A stretch of 64,000 nucleotides of DNA from Callorhinchus milii (taxonomy: Eukaryota): assembly GCF_018977255.1 (NCBI RefSeq), contig NW_024704742.1, positions 123,506,001 through 123,570,000 of the forward strand. The letters are read 5' to 3'. Position numbers and translations under genes: made by a program. The notes below the pieces were generated by a model. The model searched no databases and was not told the origin of the DNA. It was given only the letters and a program-made list of their open reading frames with translations. Positions 22,101 to 32,085 of this stretch are shown here, piece after piece (positions within the stretch are counted from its first letter, which is position 1; every line of letters starts with the position of its first letter).

Positions 22101-25100
22101 GGTAAGAATGATCTGCTACTTGGGGACTTGTGGTATAATGGTATTGAGATTAGGTCTTCATTTTACTTAGCTCTGCTAGGGTTTAAGCTTATCTAACCAA
22201 GTACATTTTAGTTCCTTCCATAATTTACCACCAAGAGGGCAGGGAATCCATTGCTCCTGTTTTGCGTTAGGGTGACCACTCCTTCTGTTGTCCACTCTTT
22301 TTCTTTCCATTTCCCTTTTTTTTGTAACATGGTTAACAGCTTTGTAAAGTTGAAAATTCCAAAGACTTGTTAGTTAGAGTGATACAGCATAGAAACAGGG
22401 CGTTCAACTCAACTGGTCTCTGCTGGTGTTTTTACTCCACGTGAGTCAGTGGTCCTGTTTGCCCGATTAAAATATAAGAATAATCCTTGTATTTGATATT
22501 GCAAGAGTCCAGAGAATTGTTTCATAATCTTGGGTTAAGTGCTCTGACAATGATAGGTTTTCAAAACTACTTTAGGTACTTAAGAATCCATACAAAGTTT
22601 TATTTAGTGGAGGAGAAAGGGGAAGTCAAACCCAAGATCAGTAGTGTGAAGTGGTTTTGAAACCTGAAACTCTGCAGGTTATTCAGATCACAATTGTGCT
22701 CCTTCATTTGCCTACAAATGCACAGTCACTGCACTTCATAGTAAATCCTGCGAAGTACTTTGAGACATACTTCTGACGTGATCAGGCCTATACCAAATGC
22801 AAGGATTATCATTGTCAAATGTGGAAATGTCAAACTCTTCTTACAAGGTTTTGGCTGCAATGTTACAAGATTGCCACAAGGTGGCAGAACATGCACTCTA
22901 TTCCCTTCTCTCCCATGTACATTCCTACACTGAACTTCGTTTTGCAAAAATCTTTCTGAATAGTCTTCATGGTTCTGTGTTCTAAGCAGTGTCTTTTCAT
23001 TGCTCGATGGGAAGGGATGTGTTTCTGTGCTGGGGACAGGAAGATGGTGGCAATGCTCTCACGCATTTCATACTGAACTGTGTTGGTTGCCCACCAGGAA
23101 GCTCATACGTATTTCCTGGTACCTACTATCCACCTAGTGAGGGCTCAAACCCATATCGAATGATATCGATATCGAATGAACAACTAGTGACTATCCTCCT
23201 GGGGGAGGTAAGTGGGGCCTCTTTGGAGCTGATATGGCTCCAAGTTGACATGTTTGGCAATGGAATGTCACACCGAGCCAACCCTTTGAAACAGTCTTGG
23301 ATAATAATAAAAATCCTTGAATTTGATAGAGCGGCTTATGCTATCTCAAAGCGCGTCACAGATTATACTGTAAAGTGAATTGACTGTATATTTTGTGGGT
23401 GAAACAGTTGTCTAGTTTCTGAACCAGGTGGGTCCATAGTATTCCAAGGACTGCTGATGGTAGCACGACCAGCCTGGCTCATCGGCAGGACTTGGAAAGG
23501 GAGACCAGTCACTGCGGGCATTGCTTTTATTATTGACTTTAATAGCAATCTGTTCTTCATAACTGCACCAAAAATGCAAAACTTTAAATTGATATAATGC
23601 AATAAAAACAATCATTGTTCATTGTGCATGTTCTTGAGTGAGGGGGTAGCGGGGAACTAGCTGTTACCGGATATTGATGTGGAAAGAACGCCAGCATTTC
23701 CTAGTCCAGGAACACTGAAACCATTGTGTACTTTCCCTCTTCCTTGTGTTGAATCTGCTGTCTCAGCAGACTGAATTGAGCGAGCGTCTTCTTGTTGGAC
23801 ACCTTCGCAGCACAACTGATTTTTAACTCCAGGCTTCCTGAGCAATTGGGGAACGGATAAAAGATCATAATAAATGTCATTAAATTAACACTTGAACTTA
23901 ACTGCAAGATTGTTTTTTTGACTAGGTGCTCTACCTCATCTGGATTTAATTCACTGATAAATATGTATTAATAAGATACCATGACCTTGAAGGATTTTTT
24001 TATGATACATTGTCTGAGTAATTCTTCATAAGGGAAAAAGCCAACTTTTAACCAATTTGATTCCCCCGGTTGCAGCTCTAATTGACGAGTGGGTCTTTGA
24101 TCAAAGGTTTTCATGAACTGCAAGGAAACTGAATAGGAAACTGCTCTCATTTTGTGTAATTCTTGGCCAACTAGACTTCATAAGAGAGAGCTGGGAAAAC
24201 TCAGCAGGTCAGGCAGCGTCTATGGAGAAAGGAAAGTGAGTCAACGTTTCGGGTCCACGACCCTTCGTCAGAACTTCGTCAGCAACAACAATAACTTGGA
24301 TTTGTACAGCACCCTCCACGCCGGACGGCGTCTCAGAGCGCTTTACAGTAATGGATCCTGGGATCGGGGTGGGGGTCTGGAAAGGTGACCAAAGGCGCGG
24401 TCGAAAAGAAAAGTCTTCAGCAGAAACCTGAAAATGGGAAGGGAGGGAGTGAGACGAAGGGAGTGAGAAAGGAAGTTCCAGAGCCTCGGGGCATAGTGGC
24501 TGAAGGCGTTTGGTGCGGGTGAGAATGCGGGCGGCAGAGTTTTGAATGATTTGGATTTTATGGATGGTAGTGGATGGGAGACCGGCGAGGAGGGTGTTAG
24601 AGTAGTCCAGCCGAGAGGTGACAAAGGCATGGACCAGGGTTTTAGCGGCTTTTGGGAAGAGGTATTGTCAGAATTCATGTAGACTTCATAAGTCTTCCCT
24701 TTCAGCTGTGGTTAACATCTGTCACAGATCTTAGGATCTGACTGTGAAAGGTGGTTTTGTAATGTTACTGATGATTATAATGTATAACACTGTCCTGCAA
24801 AGCCCTCTTCTGGAGGATGAGCTTGGTTGGGGTGAGAGCCAGGGTTATATGAATAATTGCGTTGGGTCTCTATCAGAGGGTTCCCAGCACCTATGAAGGC
24901 AGCCGAATAGTAGGAAAAGAGTGAAAACAGTAGGTTGGGTAGGGGAGAGAAACACTTCTGTGTTCAGAGGATTTGAAGAGACGTTCAGACAGAATCCATG
25001 TAGGTTTCAAATTGTGCAATTAGAGTCAGCTTCCTGGCATGAATATTGTGATTTTTTTTAAAAAGAAAACACACTAGTTGCTCAAGGCCCTACAATAAAT

Positions 25101-28100
25101 TATCTTGGTATACAAAAAAATGTGGTCACTCAATCCACGACTGCACGAGGCTGCTGTGCACCAACGGCTGCCGTGTTTCGTCAACAAAATACACAGTCAG
25201 TCCACTTTACAATATATTCTGTGAAGCGCTTTGAAAGATCTCAATGACATGATAAGGCACTGTATCAAATGCAAAACAAAAATTATTATATTGTCCATTT
25301 AATAAACCACCAAAACATTTTTATTTCAGGTCCGGGACCTCTCCATTGCTTACCTCCTAGTGGCGGTCACTTATCTGTATGTGGGAATAATGGTATTTGC
25401 AGCATTTCCCTCACCAGAACTTTCCAAAGAATGTATTGAGCCAGTAAGTAAACCTGAACTATCTTCATTAAATGCTTTTTTGGTTGCCATATTCTCTATG
25501 GAAAGGGATTGCGCAGGGAAGTACTCCGTGACGCTATCTGCGTAAAGGGCGCTATATAAATGCACGTTGTTGTTCATGGGTTTATAGAATCAAATTGCTG
25601 AGACTTGGACTTAACTTAAAACCACTATGGACCATGACTTCAGTATAAATGTTATGCTGAAGTGCGACTGCTTTTGAAGTGGTTCATGGCACTTAATGAT
25701 GTCAATTTTCAATTTTAACTACACGCTCAAAGTCTCCATGCAGAAGTTGGGAAGAGAATGCTGGCAGTATGTGTAAAGATTTGTCAGCCCTAATCCTCTC
25801 TGTGGTTTGTAATTCATTGAGTGATGTCTTAATTTATACCCACACCAACAATCTCATCAGAGATGAACTTTTGCAAATTGATATTATGCGGCAGTTTCTT
25901 TGGAGGTGTCCATGTGGTCCTGAGGTTCTTTTTACACTGCAGGGAGCCATTTACACTGCTATAACAAATGTAACCACCCATTGTGGTAAGCACTTGGGAA
26001 GGGCAGGACGTGGCTTTCCCCCAAGGGGGAATTTGCTGTTAACTGAGTTCACTGGCACGCCCCACTCTGTGGAATTTCAGCTCCCTCTTTCCGTCACTTT
26101 CTCCCCATTTTCAAAACCAGTCTTCAAGCCTTTCTTTTCCGGGTGAGCTTTCTGACCCCTTTCTCTCCCCAACCCTAGCTCAGGCTCCAAGTTGATTCTG
26201 AAATGCCTTGAGACTTCTTCCCAATGCGAATGTTTTGATATAAGCCTATTGCTAGGCAGAAGTTGTCGGCTTTCAGATTTAATTGACTTTGCAGTTAATT
26301 TTGTGAGGCGCTTTGAAACATCTCAATGATGTGAAAAGAGAGACCAAATCCAAATGTAAGAATTTTTAAACGTGCTTTGCTGGCTAGTGTCTTCTTCAAT
26401 GGAGGGATGAAGTGCCACCAGAGGGAAATGGCGGTAACTTCATTGCCTCTTCAGGCAGTGCTATAAACTAAATGGGACATAGCACGTTCAGCACAAGGTG
26501 GTCTTTTCCCTTGATTCTGATGGGTTGATGTCCATTTCTCTACGTTCTCCCTTTCCAGTAGCTTGATTGAAACTATTTACGTAGAATCATTGCATGTTAT
26601 GATTCAGAAATTAGCCCAACAAGTCTATACTGAATTTTTTTTCTTTATACGAGCCACCCCACTCTCCTGGTTGTTCTCCTTTAATATTTATCATTGTAAT
26701 TTTTCTCTTGCTAGAATAGAATACAACTTGCATTTATATAGCGCCTTTTTAGCTCAAGAGAACATCTCAAATCACTTCACGTTGTAACTGAGAATCTCAG
26801 TAATAATATTAATAATCCTTGCATTTAATTTAGCGCCTTATTACATCGATGAGATATCTCAAAACGCTTCACAGAATTTACTGTAAAGTGAATTGACTAT
26901 TTTGTGGGTGAAACAACTCTCACTTCGTCATATTTTCCCTCCCCACTCTAATGCAAGTATTATTATTATTACAACTCTCACGACTCAAGTAGTGCAGTTA
27001 AAGAAGCAAGTCTAATGTTTTTTTCCTGCCTACCTATTCTTAGGAGATCAATTGTTTAAAAAATATTCTAAATATACGGCAAATATAATAAGTTTTTGGC
27101 AGCCCACAACTGAGGCACTTGCTGCAAGGAAAAGTGTAACTGGTGCCTTGGCATGTACATAGTCATTGTAGCCACACACCTGAAGTGGAAAATTGGCCGT
27201 CAACCAGCTTGAAGCTGATCTGTTTTCATTGTATATTTTTAGAGTTTCTTTTATATTAACTTTTTTGGCATGTCATGATATAATTACATTCAGTAATTGA
27301 AAACCTTGTGCTGTTTTACTATAGTGTCGCTTCAGGTTTTTCTGTTTTATTTCTGTAACGGTTTGTTTTCTTTTCTCACAGAATTTTCTGGACAACTTGC
27401 CCAGCAATGATGTCATGGCATTTATTGCCAGAGTCTTCCTGTTGTTTCAGATGACAACTGTTTACCCGCTTCTGGGCTACCTGGTTCGAGTTCAGCTGTT
27501 GGTACAGTTGTTTGGAAAAGTATATCCCAGGTGTGAATTGAATTGGTTGCTTTTTTCTTTTTGCCAATTTATCCTATCCCAACTTTGTTTATATGTCTAC
27601 GGCCACTTCCGATTCCTGTTTGTTTAGGATGGTCTCTCAAAGTTGCCATTTGCTTTTTGTCTAGTTCTGCAATGTTTTATCCGTTTTCTTCGCCAAATTG
27701 CTCCACTTTTATGGAACAATGAAGCAAAGTAACAGTCTGCAGTAAAATGCAAGTTCTTGCTGTGAACTCGTTTTATCCAACATGTACGTTTGTACTTGTG
27801 AAATGGTTATTTCTGTTCGACCCTGAGCTGTCCTTTCTTCCTCATATCCGCGCCACAACTGGCACCGCCTTCCATCACCTCCGAAACATCGCCAGACTAC
27901 GGCACTACCTCACCCCTCACGTTGCTGAAACTCTGGTCCACGTCTTTATCACCTCAAGGCTGGACTATGGGAACTCTCTCCTCGCCGGCCTTCCCGCACC
28001 TCCCTCCACAAGCTGCAGGTCATTCAGAACTCTGCAGCTCGTGTACTGTCCCGCACCAGGCTTCGCAACCACATCACTCCCACCCTCGCTCGCCTCCACT

Positions 28101-30882
28101 GGCTTGCCATCCCCCAGAGGATTGAATTCAAGATCCTCATCCTCACCTACAAGGCCATTCACGGCCTTGCTCCCTCCTACCTCTCCAACCTACTATCCCC
28201 CTACTTACCTGCCCATACCCTCCGTTCCTCTGGCTCCGGTCTGCTCCACATCCCCCGCCCTAACCGCCCTACCATCGGTTGGCCGGGCCTTCAGCATCTC
28301 AGTCCCTAGGCTCTGGAACTCTATCCCCCAGTGCCTTCGCCGCTTCCTCCCTTTCATCCTTCAAGGCCGATCTCAAGACCTTTCTCTTTGACCGTGCCTT
28401 CAGCTCCCCTCTCGACTCTCTGCCCCCTCCCTTCCCTCCCTCCACCCTGACCATTTCCCCCTGCTCGGGTCCTGACCCAACTGTACAGTGCCTTGGGACG
28501 TCCTCCCGACGTGAAAGGCGCTCTATAAATGGAATCTTGTTGTTGTTGTTAATTGTGACAATCATTGAAATTCAAGTGCATTTTTGTTTGGTCCTGGATC
28601 CTTTTATCATTGTTCCATTACCATATCATTGATCTCAAACCTGGTACATTAGCAATCTTCTGCTTTTTACTCTTGCAATTCACTGACAGGACCACAGATG
28701 ACTGAAATTTACAGAACAGAAGGCCGTTCAGCCCATTGTGTCTGTGCTGGCTTTTTTAAACAATTCATTCGGTCCTCTTCACCTGCCTTTTCTCTATAAC
28801 CCTGTAAATTACTCCCTTTATAATATCTGGCTGGTTTCCTCTTGAAGGCTAAAGAGTTCTGTCTTGACCACTACACTTAGCAGAGCATTTCACATCCTAA
28901 CAACTCTTAAACAAATAAAAACAACCTCCTAATCTCCAATTTTGCTACTTATTTTGAATTGATGCCCCCCTGGTCATTGTCTCACTGACCAGTGGAGATT
29001 TCATAATTTTAAAGATCTTCCCTCTTGAGTCAGATATCTAGGGTTTTCCTGTTACACTTACATTTTAGCAGCCAAACATTAATGTTGTACAAGCATCTGT
29101 TCACAGACTGTTGTAAACACTCTCCTCTCGTTCAGAAGAATTATAGGGATTAGCCTCACGTTTGGACGGGAGCTCATGGTGGGTGGAGGGGGAATTGTGG
29201 ACTTTGTTGCAATTGATGTTCGTGTCTCTCAAATTAACTTCCAGATGGGAATATTCCTGCTGGTTTTCATCAAGAGAGTAACAATTGGGTGCTACCTTCT
29301 CTGTGTGAGGAGAATGGCTTCTCTATGCTTAATGTAGTTGCTCAACTTGGTTGGGTTTAAGTGCTTGAGTTTAAGTAGGTTCAACTACTTGGGTTTAAGT
29401 AGCACTAATTTGTCTGCTTCACAGTATGCCATCAGGATATGCATTGTGTGGGATTGGTTATTCCAGAATAACTGAGATTGGGTTTCGTCTAATTACTGTT
29501 TTAGTAAACGGACAACTCCAATGAAGCTCCAAGGACCAGTTAAGGTCAAATTTATTACTTTCGCCACCGCAATAGCACCTTCATCACCCTGTCCAATTCT
29601 CTTTACAGTTTTCTGCACGTCTTCATCCTAAACCTTCTGATTATATGTACTGGAGTCCTTGTTGCAAGGTTTTATCCCAATATCGGTGGCCTTATAAGGT
29701 ATTTATGGATCCATTTAATATTTTAATCAAACTATTTTTTGAGCTGTTATGCAAGACTGTTCAATTGTCATTTCAAAGTGATCTGGAGAGCTCTTTAAGA
29801 TGATTTTAAATGTGTTTGTTCCCAATGGGATTCTTGAAATTGTGATGATTTGCCTTTGGAGGACAGTTTAGCTGAGGATCCTTTCACTAAATCTCCTGGC
29901 ATTTTATACTATAATGGGCAGGATTATCGCAACTCTAAATTGAAACTGATTTCTCAAAGCTCATATGCTTAACGTTGGGGTGTTGTGTCTCCAGGATATG
30001 AAAAATATTAGTTACAGTAGGAAAATCTGGGGTAACTGCTGTAGTCTGTAATGTGTTTGACTGCAATAATGCCTGATTTGAAAAATTGAATTGAAGTTGT
30101 TTTGGTATAGAATTGTCTTTACTATATGCCCCGAGAATCTGGAACTCTGCCTCAGTCTCTCGCCCTCGTCCCTTCCTTGTCTGTCTTCAGATCACGCCTG
30201 AAGATCTTGCTCTTCAATCTTGTTTAAGGTCATCGTTCCTCTCTTGCTGACAAGCTCTGCCACTGTTAAGCCTCCCAGTCTCTGTCGTGTGTGAAGGGTG
30301 CTATATGATTGTTTGTTGTCGCGTGCAATTCCTACTATCTCTGACTTAGTTACTCGACGAGATTGTATTTTGAATCCGAGATATTATGACTTCAGCTTGT
30401 GTTCCCCATTCAGAATTTCAAGATGTGTAATTTTTTGAGGTGGAATGATTGGGGCTGATGCAGTTGGTATTGTTCCAATAATGTGTCCCCCAATCTCCAC
30501 GTATCAATATTTTTTAAAGACAAATTCCTGTCTCATAACGACAACAGCACATTACATTTGTACAGTATCTTTCACATCGGGAGGACGTCCCAGGGTGCTG
30601 ATGGCAAACTCAGAGCCTTTACTATTACTCCTCTGTACTCTGCATTTAGGTATGCAAGCAGAAATTCTGTGTTTTTATTTAAATGTTTTTATCTTTTGTG
30701 TTTTCTTCCAACACAGATATTCGGGAGCAACCTGTGGCCTTGCCTTTGTATTCGTTTACCCTTCCCTTGTTCACATGATATCACTCAAACGCCAAAGACA
30801 GCTGAAGTGGTCGTCAATTGCTTTCCATAGTCTCATCATGGTATTGGGTTTGGCTAATTTCATCACACAGTTCTTTATGTGA
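13063..30882 (+). CDS. SLC38A9: SLC38A9, lysosomal amino-acid transporter and mTORC1 arginine sensor; complete spliced CDS, 14 coding exons, 549 aa
   Basis: Spliced by hand as join(13063-13139,14029-14158,15393-15514,15623-15686,15839-15932,16874-17044,17492-17551,19291-19488,20325-20432,21979-22085,25330-25443,27382-27530,29609-29698,30717-30882). This gives 1650 nt, all introns GT-AG, phases consistent, no internal stop. Hallmark peptides: [71 protein letters not shown]-terminal QFFM*. Confidence 0.97.
13745..13962 (-). mobile_element. 3' two-thirds of the tRNA-Ala SINE
   Basis: Reverse-complement match to 6800-7020. Confidence 0.88.
14029..14158 (+). CDS. SLC38A9: SLC38A9 coding exon 2 (PFHVPPR...[15 protein letters not shown])
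   Basis: tatAG acceptor, GTAGGG donor; Rag/Ragulator-binding region motif. Confidence 0.95.
15393..15514 (+). CDS. SLC38A9: SLC38A9 coding exon 3 ([20 protein letters not shown]...)
   Basis: tgtAG acceptor, GTACGT donor. Confidence 0.95.
15623..15686 (+). CDS. SLC38A9: SLC38A9 coding exon 4 ([23 protein letters not shown]1)
   Basis: AG/GT bounded; GTS substrate-binding motif. Confidence 0.97.
15839..15932 (+). CDS. SLC38A9: SLC38A9 coding exon 5 ([27 protein letters not shown]...)
   Basis: ctAG acceptor, GTATGT donor; missing from the ORF track. Confidence 0.95.
16874..17044 (+). CDS. SLC38A9: SLC38A9 coding exon 6 ([18 protein letters not shown]...NTGKFLY)
   Basis: taAG acceptor, GTAAGT donor. 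Confidence 0.93.
17492..17551 (+). CDS. SLC38A9: SLC38A9 coding exon 7 ([19 protein letters not shown], luminal loop)
   Basis: ttgcAG acceptor, GTATGT donor; 60 nt, phase 1-1; NxT/S sequons. Confidence 0.9.
18879..19250 (+). mobile_element. Full-length tRNA-Ala SINE, long subfamily
   Basis: Head, an extra internal segment of about 65 bp, Deu-like block and tail. Confidence 0.92.
19291..19488 (+). CDS. SLC38A9: SLC38A9 coding exon 8 (ICPNPP...[12 protein letters not shown]...FFARFNNL)
   Basis: ccAG acceptor, GTGAGC donor. Confidence 0.95.
20325..20432 (+). CDS. SLC38A9: SLC38A9 coding exon 9 ([27 protein letters not shown]...)
   Basis: acAG acceptor, GTAAGC donor. Confidence 0.95.
21979..22085 (+). 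CDS. SLC38A9: SLC38A9 coding exon 10 ([21 protein letters not shown]...QKNN)
   Basis: ccAG acceptor after a poly-T tract, GTAAGT donor. Confidence 0.96.
24185..24281 (-). mobile_element. Penelope-like terminal-repeat fragment containing a hammerhead motif
   Basis: ctcagcaggtcaggcagcgtctatggagaaagg...aacgtttcgggtc...gacccttcgtcagaac; further copies at about 55620-55722 and, degenerate, about 44660-44730. Confidence 0.7.
24239..24275 (-). ncRNA. Minimal type I hammerhead ribozyme motif
   Basis: The minus strand reads AGUU-CUGACGA-A-GGGUC-GUG-GACCC-GAAAC-GUU-GACU: intact CUGANGA and GAAA core, 5-bp stem II, palindromic ACGU stem III, NUH = GUU, 4-bp stem I. Confidence 0.72.
24282..24669 (-). 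mobile_element. 5'-truncated, internally deleted L2 (tail family B)
   Basis: Close match to 1657-2319 and 40806-41400. Confidence 0.9.
25330..25443 (+). CDS. SLC38A9: SLC38A9 coding exon 11 ([10 protein letters not shown]...SKECIEP)
   Basis: tcAG acceptor, GTAAGT donor. Confidence 0.96.
27382..27530 (+). CDS. SLC38A9: SLC38A9 coding exon 12 ([10 protein letters not shown]...FGKVYP)
   Basis: acAG acceptor, GTGTGA donor. Confidence 0.96.
27812..28550 (+). mobile_element. 5'-truncated L2 (tail family A)
   Basis: [12 protein letters not shown]...[14 protein letters not shown]; nearly identical to 58501-59300; (GTT)n tail. Confidence 0.93.
29609..29698 (+). CDS. SLC38A9: SLC38A9 coding exon 13 ([29 protein letters not shown])
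   Basis: acAG acceptor, GTATTT donor; missing from the ORF track. Confidence 0.95.
30717..30882 (+). CDS. SLC38A9: SLC38A9 last coding exon ([17 protein letters not shown]...ITQFFM*)
   Basis: acAG acceptor; TGA ends at 30882. Confidence 0.96.
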
Positions 30883-32085
30883 GACCAGACTAAAGATAAG
30901 TCTGCAATTGTATTGACTGGACAATAATAAACTATTTAAAATTTGTACTTTAACCGGATTACAGATGAGTTCAAGTAAACAATTGAACTGCATTGTTACT
31001 GCAACCACCTGAAACTCAAATGAGGTACTCACTTTTTTTTAATCAAGACTTGTGGTGATTCTCAAATTTTATAGATGCTTTAATCTGAAATTCTCCTAAC
31101 TGTGAAATGCAATATTGTGACAACTAATTTTATTTGCACTAATTACTGTAATTGCTGAAATTGTCTAACTTAGTCAAGGGTGGGTCACGGGTCATCCTTT
31201 AAATCCATTTGTTTTATTAAACGAGACAAAATAATCAATTAATACCCAACAAAAAAGCTAGTATGTTGCATTGTGTATGCTTGTTGTGTTCAATGGAAAA
31301 TGGATACCAATGTTTTGTTTGCAAGCTTTTTTTTAAATGTACGTACACTTAAAACCCATACGTGGCACATGCTGATTGGATGGGGGTGGGTGGGGCTGAG
31401 AAAAAGGGAAGGGAGGTAAAAAGCATTTGATCTGCTGAAGCAGTTATTGATTTGGTTCTGTGTATAGGAGTTGAACTGCATAGTACAGGGTGGAATGCAC
31501 TTTATGATCTGCTTGGCTGGAATGACTTGTGACAACATGTTAGTGCACTGTTTTAAATTAGCCTTGTGATTGTATGGCCCTACGTAGGATTAAAAGGATG
31601 CCAGCAATACCTGTCTTCAATATGTTACCCAAGTCTCCTTTTTCACCTTCTGGCCTGAATGTGTCAGCATAACTGATTCTGGAAACTGGTGAGGAAGTAT
31701 TTTGCTTTTCAGTAAGTGGTAGAACATGGTATCAGTTTCAAGGTGGTGCTTGCAAGGCAGTTTTAAAGATTACAATATAAGCAAATCTCAAGAGAAATGT
31801 ATTCTTACATTGTGCTTCAACTGAACTTTCTCCATATTTGGAAAGTTTTTGATAGGCATTAAACAGTAAGCATGCAGGTTTCATTAATGACAATATGTAT
31901 TTTAAAGGAGATTCTATTTATTGTCGTACTATGTAAACTTGATAAAGAATGAGTCGCAAGATTTGGAACAAACTAGGTAAAGTGTCATGTTGGCCCTTAA
32001 AATGTTTACACTGAACTTCTGCATAAATAGATGTACCATTCCTCATTTGGCAGTTTTGTACTTTTAAGTGGTACACCAAATCAGG

